Shown: positions 35,217-48,090 of the stretch, one piece after another
Layout of the letters: every line of letters begins with the position of its first letter
How positions within the stretch are numbered: the stretch's first letter is position 1
Origin: Azolla caroliniana
Taxonomy: Eukaryota; Plantae; Polypodiophyta
Assembly (NCBI GenBank): GCA_043228905.1
Contig: JBHGNT010000011.1
Coordinates: forward strand, 992,001-1,056,000
Direction of reading: 5' to 3'
DNA length: 64,000 nucleotides
Notes under the pieces: model-generated
Seen by the model: the letters and a program-made list of their open reading frames with translations, nothing else
Told to the model about the DNA's origin: nothing
Database searches by the model: none
Position numbers and translations under genes: made by a program

Positions 35217-38105
35217 CCGGTTCATTAGGTAGAAGGTCGTATTTGCAGCTTCGGCCCAATAAGACTTGGGCATATGCTCCTCATTCATCATTGCCCGCAC
35301 TACTTCGAGGATGTGCCGATTTTTGCGCTCAGCTACACCGTTTTGTTGCGGAGTGTGTCAGCAAGTGATTTCTCGTCGAATTCCTTCCTTTCGGAGATAC
35401 GCCATAAAATCGTCTAAGTACTCCTTGCCGCCATCCGATCGACGACAACGTAAATGTCGGCCAGTGGCTTTCTCAACTTCATTCTTGAATGTTTGGAAGT
35501 GTCCGAACACTACGCTCTTTTGCTGCATCGGGTAGATCCAAGTGTGCATAGAGAAATCGTCAATGAATAGCACGTAATATCGGCACCCGCCGAATGTCGT
35601 CATTTGAGCCGGACCCCATACATCGGAATGAATTACGTCGAGTACGCCTTTGCTCACGTTCCGCTCCTTTGGAAATGGGTGTCGGTGTTGCTTGCCAAAT
35701 TGGCACGCTTCACATACACCCTCAATCTCCTTCTCTTTGAATGTCGAGAGTCCGATGACGACTCCTTTCGATTTCATTGCTTTGAGTTTGTTGAGATTGA
35801 TGTGGCCGATTCGCTTATGCCATAGCTCTATGTCGGACTCAGCATTCATGCTTTTCGCGAACATGGCGGATTTCATCTCGTGTGAATCGAGAATGAACAT
35901 CCGGCCCTCTCTTCTTCCGCACGCAATGATTCGGCCCTCTTTTTCGATGAAACACCCTTCTTGGTCGAATTGTACTTACATCCCTTGCCCAACCATTTGG
36001 CCGACCGAGACCAAGTTCTTCGTGATGGTGGGAACATGCAAGACATTTTTAATGTATGTTTGCTAACCTCTTTCGCCGAATGGAACATTGCCGATGTGCC
36101 GAATCAGGTGCGTAGTGTCATCTCCGGTTTCGACATAACCGAGTCACTCCGGCTCTCGACGTTCGAGAAACCATTCTTTATGGGATGTCATTTGGTTTGA
36201 GGCTACAGAGTCAACAAACCATACGTCCCCCGGATTGAGGGCACTAGTTGAGGTAGAGGCCTACATAGAGTTTGCTCTATGTTTCATCATGAACATTCCG
36301 CCATGGTCGGAGTTGCATGCATACATTCCGCCACGATCTTCGTAGTCGGAGTTGTTCCCGTACATTCCGCTATACTCTTCATAGTCAAAATTGTGCGCGT
36401 AATTCGTGAGTTGTCGGCTTGTGGAAGCCGATTCACGTTTCGACACTCTTCTTCGTGGTGGACGAGCTTTCCGCAATATCCGCATTCGGTTGTGTTTTGA
36501 CGGCTCGGGCCGGAGTGGAAGCTCCCCCTTCTTGCGAAGGTTCCTCGTTGGCTTCCGTTTTGCGGCCAAAATTGGGAGTTGTTATCGTAGGCCGAACCTC
36601 GTCCGCCTTGTCCTTGGCCGAATCAGCCTCTCGACCATTCATGTCCTCTTCCTCCGTTCGAGTGCGTGTAAAGCATGTGGCCTTCCGACTCATTGCTCCT
36701 TGTACGCAAGTGGTTTTCTTCGACCAATAGCATTGATTGGAGCTCGAAGAAGGAGGGAGATTTCTCCCCTTCTAGAACGACGGTTCGCATCGCGCCGAAC
36801 CATGGTGCGAGGCCGCCAAGGCATATTTGAACCATCTTATCATCATCGATATTTACGCTTATTGAGCAGAGCCAATCGCGAAGCTCCTTGATCTTCGAGG
36901 TGTATGTCGTAATGGACATGTCCCTTTGTTGAATGTTGTTCAACTCTTGGCGGAGTTGAAGCCTTCTTGCGGTTGTGTTCGCCGCGAAAATCTTTCGTAG
37001 ATTTTCCCATGCCTCCTTCGGCGTCTTGGCTTCGCGAATGTAGCCGAGCATGTGATCGTGAACACATGTCGCCAAGCAATACATCACGCGGCTTGCGGCT
37101 TGCTCCCATGTCGCGTATCCGGGAGCCGTTTCAGCGGGTCGGTCTTCATGCGCTCCTTTGATGTAGCTCCAATAGCCTTGTCTGACAAGGTATTGGTGCA
37201 TCTTGTACTCCCAAGATGCGAAGTTGTTTCAATCCAACTTCTCGGTAGGGAGAGCGCTCCCCATTTCAGTATTCATTATGTCGATTCTTCTTCTTCTTCT
37301 TCTTCTCTCTTCGAATGCGAGCCATGTAACGAAGCTACAATAGCGATGAGCCGGTTCTTGGTCGTCGGCGTGGAGCACAACACACGATCACGATGAGGCG
37401 AATGGGCTAGATCGAGCTACCAAATCACTCTGATACCATGTAAAGAATCGGATATGATTCTTATGAAGCGGAAGAGATGTGAGTTATGTGTGTGTATGAG
37501 AGAGAGAGAGAGAGTGAGAGAGAGAGAGACAAGGAATAATACACAGAGGATACGCAAGGTAAGAGTATATTAACAAAGGAAAAAGACTCAACATTATACA
37601 AGGTGGGAGGAGGGTGCTTTATATAGTCACCCTCTCTCTTCATTAACTACAAGACTCACGGAGCATGGGGAATGTGAAAGCTCATAAGTTATGTGTCATA
37701 GAATATGATTCTATGACTCATACTAAATGCTAGAATAAAAAGAGGTGACATAATGGTGACTCTTGACCGTTGGAATGTCTATTCACTCTCAAGGTGAGTT
37801 CTCACACTAGACCAAGTTGAGCTTGATTCTCAACAGTTCTAAAGTTGGGTTTTTGGAAATAGAAGATAAAGATGGCATTACATATAGACATGAACTATAC
37901 TTCAAACAAATTCCCATGGATAAAGCAAGTCACAATGATAAGAATCTCAATATTGAAAAATCTAAGGGAATGACACCATTTATAGATGGATCACTTGAAA
38001 GTTGTATTAAACTATCTCAAAATTATGTGCAAAAGATTATTGATGGACTAAATGCAATCGATTAAGGTATACTATGTGTGAAGCTTGGCATATGTTTTGC
38101 AAAAT

Positions 38106-38516
38106 TGTAAACGTAAGTGTTTGCAAAAGCGTAAAACAGAGAACAACACAGAGAGAGAGAGAGAGAGAGCGAGAGAGACAGAGAGAGCAGAACCCAATTT
38201 CAAAATTATATCAAGACTCTATATACACACTGTGCTAAGTAGCACTATTTATACAAGTCCTTTTGGGACTGACAGAAGTACCATGTACTTCAATGCTCAC
38301 ACGAGCATCTGACACTTACTACGAGACTATAGCTACCTAGTAGTCTATCCTATACTAGGCTTCCGATTGGACTTCCGGTTACGGATTGCACCCGGCCTCC
38401 ACTCCTTGCCGGTTCGGTTGTTCACCGTCATACCGATCCGTTTCGCCCGATCCGTCTCGCTTACCGGCTCCGGCTTATTCAGCCGATCCGGCTCCGGTTG
38501 AGCTTGCCGCTCAACA
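38106..38516. mobile_element. solo LTR (411 bp) of a family not otherwise present in the window
   Basis: TGTAAACG...CTCAACA ends, TSD AAAAT (38101-38105 / 38517-38521). Removing it restores the hAT reading frame. Contains a (GA)n tract. Confidence 0.8.
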
Positions 38517-38690
38517 AAAATGAAGGATTGGCAAGATAGTTTCCCTCATTTGATGAAATTATGGCACACTACTTTGGTTTCTAAGCAAAATCTCATGAAA
38601 GAGATGAAAAGAAATCAATTGAATACTTTGAGATAATGTTAGCCGCCTTGAAGCAGGAGATGGAAATAGAACTCTCATGATCATGTTAGC

Positions 38691-38990
38691 CGCCTTGTTG
38701 AAGCAAGAGATGTGTTCCACAGGCTTCTAACTACATATGTGGTTTTATGGAATGCAATGATGGTAGGGCATATAGGACATGGATGTTGGTTGATATGAGT
38801 TTGATGTGGGGGGGGGGGGGCGAAATGAACCATGCCTATAACAGGTAGGGCACCATTGAATGCATTGATTACATGCTATGCAAACAGTGGTAATAGTTTT
38901 GTGCCTTGAAGTTTTGGCAAAATGTTGGGTGAGAAGGTGGAATTAATCTTAGACTGTATTATTTGTGGTTTTCATAGGTCGTCATGGCTA
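38691..38990 (+). pseudogene. PLS-class pentatricopeptide repeat gene remnant
   Basis: Manual translation gives RLVEARDVFHRLLTTYVVLWNAMMVGHIGHG (38691-38783) and LNALITCYANSG (~38857), typical PPR motifs. Stops and a G13 run interrupt them. Confidence 0.7.
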
Positions 38991-39480
38991 GAGCCATAGA
39001 ATGAACCATACGTATCATACGTGCATTCGCATTCGAGAATGATTCAATCAAACGTGGATGGTAAATCATCTCAAAGTTAGATCGGATTGACAAGTTGGAT
39101 TGGATTGACTAGGGTCTATATTATATATTGATTCACTCTCAATCCCAATAAGTGGACTCTAATCCATTGTGAACCACCAACATAAGTATGGTTGCAATAT
39201 TTGCATTGTATCACATGCATACTTTTGGGATGCGAATCAAGACATCTCTATCATCCTCACTTTCGAACTTTACAAAAAAATGAGGATGAACTATAGAGAT
39301 TGAATCAAAATATGTCATTATAAATTATAATCAACCGTTCAAAAATGCATAAAACTTATATTTGAGAATATGAAGGAAACATGACATAGGCAATAGTTGC
39401 ATAACAACTTATCGCTAGGGTGACCTAATTTCTAATAACAAAGAAAGAAAAAAAGAAACGGTCAAAAACTCATAAAACGT

Positions 39481-40295
39481 TGTCGTGCCTTTCGGCTCCG
39501 GATCGTTGCGTGAGTCGGGCGGGAACCACTGAGGTTTTGGACTAGGAGAAAGAAGAATATGAGATAAGGCTAGTAATGAATAGGTAGAACGATAAGTAAG
39601 TTATGAATCTCGTGAATCCCACAATTTTAGTGTATTTCATCAATATTTAGATAGTAAGAGACAATTTTGATCACAAATTCGTGAATCCCATGCATATATT
39701 AATTGGTTGGTGTTTTCGGAAATATATCCAATTTCCAAGTATTTTCACACCCCTATTACATTGTGCTCCCCATCCTTATATAGTGATGAGAGAGTCTTAA
39801 CAATCCATGCTTTTTCTATAAATAGACTGTATGCTTTCTCTAACATGCTTTTTCTAAAGTGATCCTACTTTTTCTAACTTGATGCATTTTTATCGACTAT
39901 GGTGTTCATGCACGTTAAATGTGCATGCGTAGCTTTTTCTTTTATCATGCGTTTTCTTCTAACTAAAGTTTATCCTAGTGTGCACTTACCTTTCTATGTG
40001 GGACGTCTACTTTTTTAACATTAATGGTATGTTAGTGTACTGGTAAGGCTTTACATTATTAACATGGAGGTACAAGGTTTGAATCCTGCCCTATGCATGT
40101 AACAATCTTTTCTTTTATTTACAAATTTGTCTCTTCATCCGGTTCTCACCGGTTTTCTTTATCCGGTTCTTACCGGGTCTTCCTCACCGACTCTCACCGG
40201 CCTTCTTCATCCGGTTCTCACCGGGTACTCTTCATGTCCCATCCGGAGAGACAAAAAATACGTTTTTCACGTAGTGTGCGAATTACACTACGACA
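39481..40295 (-). mobile_element. solo LTR related to the LTRs of 47798-55166
   Basis: Ends are reverse complements of 47798-48625 (TGTCGTGCCTTTCGGCTCCGGATCGTTGCG...ACACTACGACA). 4-bp TSD ACGT/ACAT (39477-39480 / 40296-40299). Confidence 0.9.
40033..40090 (+). ncRNA. tRNA-like Pol III cassette in solo LTR
   Basis: TAGTGTACTGGTAAG-13 nt-AACATGGAGGTACAAGGTTTGAATCCTG, followed by CTTTTCTTTTATTT. Confidence 0.55.
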
Positions 40296-41179
40296 ACATA
40301 CATTCGAGAATATGAAGAAAACATGACATAGGCAGTAGTAGCATAACAACTTACCACTTGGGTGAGCTAATTTCTAATAAGAAAGAAAGAAAGAAAAAGA
40401 AGAAAAAGGAACATGACACTAAAATAAAATTTTGCCATGACACGAACAAAAGGATATGAGAAAGTTGGGAATTGAACCCAAGACACAAGTAATAGTAGCA
40501 CATCAACGTATCACTAGGTTGTGCTTAGTTCTAATAATAAATCAATAAAAGAAAAAAACTATTATAATACTAACATAAAATTTTGCTATGACATGGTACT
40601 CATGAGAGAGAGAGAAAGAGATGAGAAAATTGGGAGTCGATTCCAAGACATAAACAACAATAGCATGACTCCTTACCACTAGGGTCAATTGAATTATATT
40701 AACAATAAATGAAAAAAAAGCAAGACGTATTTTTCCCATTTCAAACGTGTTCATTTCCAAACGTTTGAATGCTTGCACGAACACGAATATTACGATCTAT
40801 GGAGCCTAGAGCCATTGTAATGTTGTTAGCCTATTCAGCTCGTCATGTATGCAGAATTTTACTAATGAAGCATACTTTATTTGAAAAAAAAAAACCTAGA
40901 AGAGGAGAAAGAAGTACCTTGCGGTTAGAGATTTAGAATGCGGTTGAATTAGTGCTTGTTGTGGCATTATGTGCACAAGAAGAAGAAGAAGAGGAAAGAT
41001 AATTTTTTCGAGAAGAAGAAGAAGAGGAAAGACATCTTATTCAAGAAGAAGACGAAGAAGAAGAGTTATGTCTTTTTAAAAGTTAGGTCAAATTTTAGAA
41101 AATGAATAATCAAACTTTCTTAAATGGATAGAATTAACCTTTAAAAAATAAGGTACAAGAAAATATTTTTAAAAGTGTC

Positions 41180-41307
41180 ACCCTAAACCATTAAGCTGTT
41201 TCAAACCATTTAAACCAAAACCGTTAATCGATGAGGGCTCGAACCAAACCAAGCCAAACGGTTTCGTGGTTCGGTTTAGTTCAAACCGAACCATTGTCGA
41301 TTGCTAG
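41180..41307. repeat. AAACC(G) subterminal repeat cluster, probably the end of a non-autonomous DNA transposon
   Basis: Multiple AAACC/GGTTT motifs in both orientations; the partner end was not identified. Confidence 0.35.
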
Positions 41308-44273
41308 TGATAAAGATTAGTTAATTGTCAACGGAACATCCAAACCCCTTCAAACGATCTTCGTATCTCCGATATAACGCCTTGATGGCCTCCAACCATG
41401 TACCTTCAACAGAGCTTGAGAGCAAAGGATTCATGCAAGAAACATCTCAATTTGCTTCATCATGAGAGCCTTCTAGCAGCTTGTCACATTCTCTAAAAAT
41501 CAACTAAGAGGGGTTGTTCTTCCCCATTGGAGCTAACCAACAACTACTTATATAGGTCAAGCAATCCCCTATTTTTGTCCTGAGAGGAGCTTCATATACC
41601 TTCCTCTATTCTTGTCATGGTGTCTCACATATACTTAGCTTTTTCTTTTCTTCTTTACGTATCCAATCCTTACCTTCTTTTGTGCCCATCTCCAAAAGAG
41701 CACCACTCCTAGTTATAAATATGGCCGAAGCCATTCTGCCAATTACTTAAACCCCACACTTCCGCACCTACTGTGTCATTATGTAAAGAATCAAGAGATG
41801 GATTATGTGCAGCGGAATAGATATGACCTATGTGTGTGCATGAGAGAGAGAGTGTGTGTGAGAGACAAGGAGTAAGACACAGAGAATACTCAAGGTAAAG
41901 TATATTAACAAAGGAGAAAGACTCAACATTATACAAGGTGGGAGGAGGGTGTTTTATATAGTCGCCCTCTCTCTTCATTAACTACAAGACTCGTGGAGCA
42001 TGGGGAATGTGAAAGCTCATAACTTATGTGTCATAGAATATGATTCTATGACTCATACTAAATGCTAGAAACAAAGTGGTGACACAATGGTGACTCTTGA
42101 CCGTTGGAGTGTCTATTCACTCTCAAGGTGAGTTCACACACTAGACCAAGTTGAGCTTGACTCTCAACACGCCCCCTCAAGCTTAAGTCGGGTCGGTTTC
42201 AGACAGTATCCGAAATCCGCTTCGACTCGCGTTCTGGAGTCTGTGTCAACTCGCATTTATGCGGAGTTGCGGAATCCGTGCTCCAGCTTGCGTTGTGCGT
42301 AGTAGCGAAGTCTGTGCTTTGGCTTGCGTCTTTCTTTGTGGCTTTGCGCGGTAGATCAGCTCTTCACGGCTTCGTTGCGCATTTGCGGAATCCACACGTT
42401 ATTGCGTAGTGTCTTCAGTACTCCCCCTCAAGCTTGGCAAGTCAGGGATCGTCCATCCGAGATCAGCCATGAATTTCCATAGTTTTTCGGCTCCTAAGGC
42501 TTTAGTGAAGATGTCGGTCGTTTGAAGATTTGTGTTAATGTGTTTTAGGTTGACATCGCCAGCTAGAACGCGCTCTCAGATCAAGTGATAGTGCACTTCG
42601 ATGTGCTTTGTCCGCGCGTGGAACATCGGGTTCTGAGCCAGATAGATACTGGTCATGTTGTCGCAGTAAAGGGAAGTCGGATCCTTGATGGGTATGCTCA
42701 TATCCTTGAGTATCCTTTTGAGCCATACGGCTTCACATGCGGCCACTGCCGCACCCCTATATTCCGCCTCTATGATCGAAAGAGCGACGGTTGGTTGCTT
42801 TTTGCTGCTCCAAGATATTGCTCCACTGCCGAGGCAAAAAACAAATCTGAAGGTTGATCTTCTATCGGCTTTGTAGCTGGCCCAATCGGCGTGCGTGTAC
42901 CCCTCGAGTCGTATTGGCATCGCGGTCTTGTAGAGGATGCCGCAATCCATTGTGTCGCTCACATATCGTAGAACTCGCTTAGCGCAATCCAAGTGAGTAT
43001 CACGCGGTGTTTGCATGAATTGACTAAGGAGACCGACTAGATAACTGAGATGAGGTCGAGTGATCGTGAGGTAGATGAGACCCCCGATGAGTTGCCGATA
43101 CTGAGTCAGCTCACACGCTTTGGTGCCGAAGTTCGCATCTAGTTTGAGATTGCGATGGAGCGGGCTTGCCGCGGATTTGAACTCAGCCATACCGAACTTG
43201 TATAACAAGTTGAGGATATAGTGTCGTTGAGAGATCATGATTATGGCCGGAGTCCGAATTACCTCGATGCCGAGGAAGTAGTGAAGCTCCTTCATGTCCA
43301 TCATCTCAAACTTGTCAGAAAGGAGGGATTTGACCTTATTGATTTTGACGAGATGCTCACCTCCAATGACTAGGTCATCCACATATAAGATAATGACGAT
43401 CGGACTTGCGGAATCGCTTCGCATGTAGAGGGAGTTGTTCAACTTTTACATACGGAAGCCGATTTGATGAAGATATTGCGCTATCTTCGAATGCCAACCA
43501 TCGCGGATCCTTGGCTGCTTCGGAAAATGTTTCCGGCTCGCGTATTGTCGCCACCTTCATCATAAAGGCATAGTGATATGCCATGTATGTTGGGATTTGC
43601 GGTCCCTCCGGATGGGATGTCCGGAGATGAATGACGGCAAGCCTGGTTGCGGTTACGGAGCCGGATGACGAAGACCCGGCTACGGAGCCGGATGACGAAG
43701 ACCCGGCTATGGAACCGGATGACGAAGACCCCGGCTACGGAGCCGGATGATGTATGTACCCGGAGAGAGATCCGGATGCGGGGACATATTTGTGAATATG
43801 TTTGCCAAGGGCCCTCATGGCTATATTTGTAAATAGCCTGAAAGTCATATGTGTATAAATATGACTTAGGGCAAACTGTTTGTGTGCTGCTGTAAGTCTG
43901 TTACTCATTTCCTGTTTTTTCACTTAGAGTGAGCTAAGTGAGCAGCAGAGAGAGAGTGAGAGGGAGAGAGACGAAGAGGTCGTTGCCTCTGTGTAATACC
44001 GCCGCCTGTGGCGAGGATAGCAAGCTCAAGGTCGTCGCCTTGCAGCTCGCCATTGTATATTGCTCTGTGCATAGTTTTGGTTTGGAGTCTTGCACTCCCG
44101 TGGTTTTTCCCGTATAGGGTTTTCCACGTTAATCCCTGTGTTATCGTGTCTTTCTCTGCGTTTCCTATTTTCTGCTGCATTGATTCGCGATTTCTCGGTT
44201 GTGGCCGAACGGTGAAGGTGAATCTGAGCGTTGTTTTACAACAAGTGGTATCAGAGCGACGGAAGTGCAGAAA

Positions 44274-47200
44274 ATGGAAGGCGGCAGCAGCGGGCAGCCG
44301 GGGATGATGGTGCTGAATGCGCAGAACTACGCCGACTGGAAGATAAAGATGGAGGATCTGCTCATTGTTCGGGACCTGTATGAACCGATTGACAGGTCGG
44401 AGATACCCAAGGGGGTACTTGAGACGGAATGGAGGCTTCTGAACCGGAAAGCCGTTGCAACCATTCGGCAATACGTCGACGTGAGCGTTCTACAACATGT
44501 GGCGAACGACACCAACGCATACGAGATGTGGCGGAAGCTGTCGGGCCTCTACGAGAGGAAGAATGCGTTGAACCGGACCTCCCTGATGAGGAAGATAGTG
44601 AACCTCAAGTACCGGGACGGCGAGAGTATGGTGGAACACGTAAGCACGTTCATGGGATTCGTGAACCAGCTTGCGGCGATCAAGTTCCCGCTGGAGGATG
44701 CAATGCAAGCCATCATTCTGATGTGTACGTTGCCGGAAAGCTGGGAGAACCTGGTGGTGACTCTCAGCACCTCCTGCACGGAAGATAACTTGTCCCTACA
44801 AACGGTAAAGACAAGTATTTTGAACGAAGAAGCGCGTCGGAGAGATAAAGAACCGGCCTCCGACTCGAAGGCGCTGCTTACCGAATCGGATCGGGGAAGA
44901 CAATGGAACCGGAGTCCTCAAAGACGGGAGAAGTCGGGGACCCGGTCGCAGTCAAGAGGAAGGCCCACATGCTTCCACTGTGGGAAGCCGGGGCACTTCC
45001 GGAAGAATTGTCGGCATTACCAAAAAGACAACGGAGCCGACGACATCGATTCGAAGAAGTCACCGGAGAGAAACGGTGCATACCGGGGAGCCACGGACCG
45101 GAGAGGTCCGGATCGGCGAGGGCAGGACCGGAAAGGAACGACGGCACTCGCGGCAAGTGAAGAAGAGATAATGCTCATTACCGAAGAGAGGGAGCTGAAC
45201 ATTGCCGGTGAAGAGATGACCTGGGTGGTCGATTCCGGAGCGTCGTTCCACCTGACCCCGGAGAAGAAATACTTCTCATCCTACACAGCCGGTGAGCACG
45301 GCTGTGTCCGGATGGGAAATGAAGGTACATGCCGGATTGCCGGCATAGGAGACGTGTGGCTGATGACATCAACCGGATGCAAGATGCTGTTGAAGGATGT
45401 CCGACACGTTCCGGAGGTTCGATTGAACCTGATTTCGGCCGGGAGGCTAGACGATGAAGGCTACACGGGTAGCATCCGGAACGGTGTCATGAAGTTCAGC
45501 AAGGGGAGCCTGATAGTGGCTCGGGCCCGGAAAGTCAACACACTGTACCTTATGAATGCCCGGTTGTGTCCGGAGGAGCTGAACGTGGCAGCCGACACTG
45601 CCGGTGAGCTGTGGCACAAGAGACTGTGCCACATGAGTGAGAAGGGGATGAAGAGGCTTGCAGAAGACAACCTTATTCCAGTGAAGCATGTGCACCTGGA
45701 GAAGTGCACCGATTGCCTGGCCGGTAAGCAGAACCGAACCTCTTTCCACTCAAGGCCACCGACGAGACGTAGTGTACCATTGGAGTTGGTACACACTGAT
45801 GTGTGTCAGGTAGAAACGAAGTCACATGGCGGAGCCCAGTACTTCGTAACATTCATTGATGATCACAGCCGGAAGCTGTGGACGGCACCGTTGAAGACAA
45901 AGGACCAAGTGTTGTGCGTCTTCAAAGAACTCCACGCGAGAGTGGAAAGGGAATCCGGCAAGAAGCTGAAAGCGATACGAGCGGATAACGGAGGGGAATA
46001 CCGGGGGCAGTTCGCGGAGTACTGTCGCTCGAAGGGAATCCGGCTCGAGTTTACTGTGCCGAAGACGCCGGAACTGAACGGGCTGGCCGAGAGGATGAAC
46101 CGGACCATAATGGAGAGGGTCCGGAGTATGCTGGCGCATGCGGAATTACCCAAGGGGTTTTGGGCTGAGGCAATGTCGACGGCGACATACGTGATAAACA
46201 GATCACCCTCAGTACCTTTGGACGGAGACACGCCGCAGAGAGTGTGGACCGGTAGGGAAGTATCCTACCGGCATCTGAAGGTGTTCGGGTGTCTTGCATA
46301 CGTGCATGTGGCAAAGGACCGGAGAGGAAAGTTAGATCCAAAGACCCGGCCATGCATATTCCTCGGTTACGGCGACGACGAGTTCGGCTACCGAGTATGG
46401 GACCCGGTCGACAAGAAGATATTCAGGAGTCGAGATATCATCTTCATGGAGGACAAGACACTCGCCGACTGGGAGTCGGAGAAGAAGATGAAGAGCTCCA
46501 AGTCGACCGGTGAGAATCAACTCTACGAGGAGCAGTCCCGACCGGCAAGGGACCGGTTAACACTCGAAGATCCGGCCGAAGACGGTGAAGAAACAGAACC
46601 GGCCGAAGAAGATGAAAATGATACCGGAATCGGCCCCGATCCCGAAATGGATTCAGATGAAGAAGAATCGGAAGAACCGGTTACCGAAGCTCCGGAACGG
46701 AGATATCCTCTAAGAGAGAGAAGGGCTCCCCGGAGATTTCCGGAACCAGAGCACGTGCTGCTAACCGACGAGGGGGAGCCGGAGAGCTTTGAAGAAGCGA
46801 AGCTTGACACCCATAGCCGCAGGTGGTTAAGTGCCATGCAGGAGGAAATGGATTCCCTGCATGAGAACCACACATATGAACTTGTGGAGTTGCCGAAAGG
46901 AAAGCGGGCACTTCGAAACAAGTGGGTGTTCAAGCTGAAACCGGGAGATGCCGGAAACCCCCCGAGATACAAAGCCAGGATCGTGGTGAAGGGGTTTCAG
47001 CAGAAGAAGGGCGTCGACTTCGACGAGATATTTGCCCCGGTAGTGAAGATGACCTCCATCCGGACGGTGCTGAGCACAGCGGCAAGCATGGACCTCGAGG
47101 TAGAACAGATGGACGTGAAGACGGCATTTCTTCACGGTGACCTCGAAGAAGAGATCTACATGCAGCAACCGGAAGGATTCGAGAAGAAAGGGAAGGAGCA

Positions 47201-47797
47201 CCTGGTATGCCGGTTGAAGAAGAGCCTTTACGGACTGAAGCAGGCTCCCCGGCAGTGGTACCGGAAGTTCGACTCCTTCATGACCGACGAAGGGTACCAC
47301 AAAACGCAGTCCGATCACTGCGTGTTTGTGAAGAAGTTCGAAGGAGGAGACTTTCTAATACTCCTCCTGTACGTGGACGACATGTTGATCGTCGGACGGG
47401 ACCAGGTCAAGATACGGATGCTGAAGAAGGCTCTTCACCGAACCTTCTCAATGAAGGACCTGGGTCCGGCGAGGCAAATACTAGGGATGCACATCATCCG
47501 GGACCGGAAGAAGAAGCAGTTGTGGTTGTCACAGGAGAAGTACGTGACAAAGGTGCTTCACCGGTTCAACATGTCGGAAGCAAGACCGGTGGGGTCAACA
47601 CTCCCGGCAAACTGCAAGCTGTCCAGCAAGCAAAGCCCCAAGACAAAGGCTGAGAAGGAGGACATGATGAAAGTACCATATGCCTCTGTCGTCGGGAGCT
47701 TGATGTACGCGATGGTGTGTACCCGACCGGACATAGGATATGCAGTCGGAGTGGTGAGCCGGTACATGAGCAATCCCGGCAAAGAGCATTGGAACGT
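44274..47797 (+). CDS. copia polyprotein part 1 (gag-PR-INT-RT), cut by the insertion
   Basis: Open frame from MEGGSSGQPG. Motifs CFHCGKPGHFRKNC, VDSGASFH, HTDVC...DNGGEY...LAERMNR, QMDVKTAFLHG, YVDD. Confidence 0.95.
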
Positions 47798-47987
47798 TGT
47801 CGTAGTGTAGGTTGCACACTATGTGGAAATTATATTTTTGTCCCTCCGGATAGAGAATGGAGTGCTCGGTGAGAACCGGAAGAAAACGGCATACCGACAA
47901 GGAGGAAAACGGCATACCGGCAAGGAGGAAAAACGGCATACCGGCAAGGAAGAAAACGGCATACCGGCAAGGAAGAGACATAAATGT

Positions 47988-48090
47988 AAAAAAAAAAACA
48001 GGAAATACTCACTACTGCGCAGGGCGTGATTCGAACTCTGCACCTCCACGTTGACGAACCCCAACCTTACCATTACATTAACTTATCTTA
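47988..48090 (-). ncRNA. tRNA-like Pol III unit with T11 terminator in the 5' LTR (second copy at 54529-54631)
   Basis: Minus strand TAATGTAATGGTAAG-13 nt-AACGTGGAGGTGCAGAGTTCGAATC...CCTG-T11, with an AT-rich TATATTTAAAA upstream. Confidence 0.6.

Larger units (their letters stand above)
31259..37835 (-). mobile_element. Ty1/copia element family B, copy 2 (degenerate), containing a Gypsy solo LTR
   Basis: LTRs 31259-31657 and 37439-37835, TSD GTTCT (31254-31258 / 37836-37840), PBS TGGTATCAGAGT at 37427-37438. Gag 36623-37201, integrase 35358-35900, RT 32635-33201. Confidence 0.95.
30143..38580 (+). mobile_element. decayed hAT-superfamily transposase (ZNF862/C17orf113-like), split by copia 31259-37835 and solo LTR 38106-38516
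   Basis: LMLDEST (~30480), LATDGASS...GVHCIAHREAL (30605-30877), IRWLS (30922-31167). CEAWHMFC|KMKDWQDSFPHLMKLW reads across the solo LTR. Confidence 0.8.
39330..40700. repeat. degenerate tandem repeat tract (about 130-170 bp units) hosting the solo LTR
   Basis: GAGAATATGAAG(G/A)AAACATGACATAGGCA...CATAACAACTTA at ~39364 and ~40306; AAAATTTTGC(C/T)ATGACA...GGGA(A/G)T(T/C)GA(A/T)..CAAGACA at ~40430 and ~40580. Confidence 0.6.
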
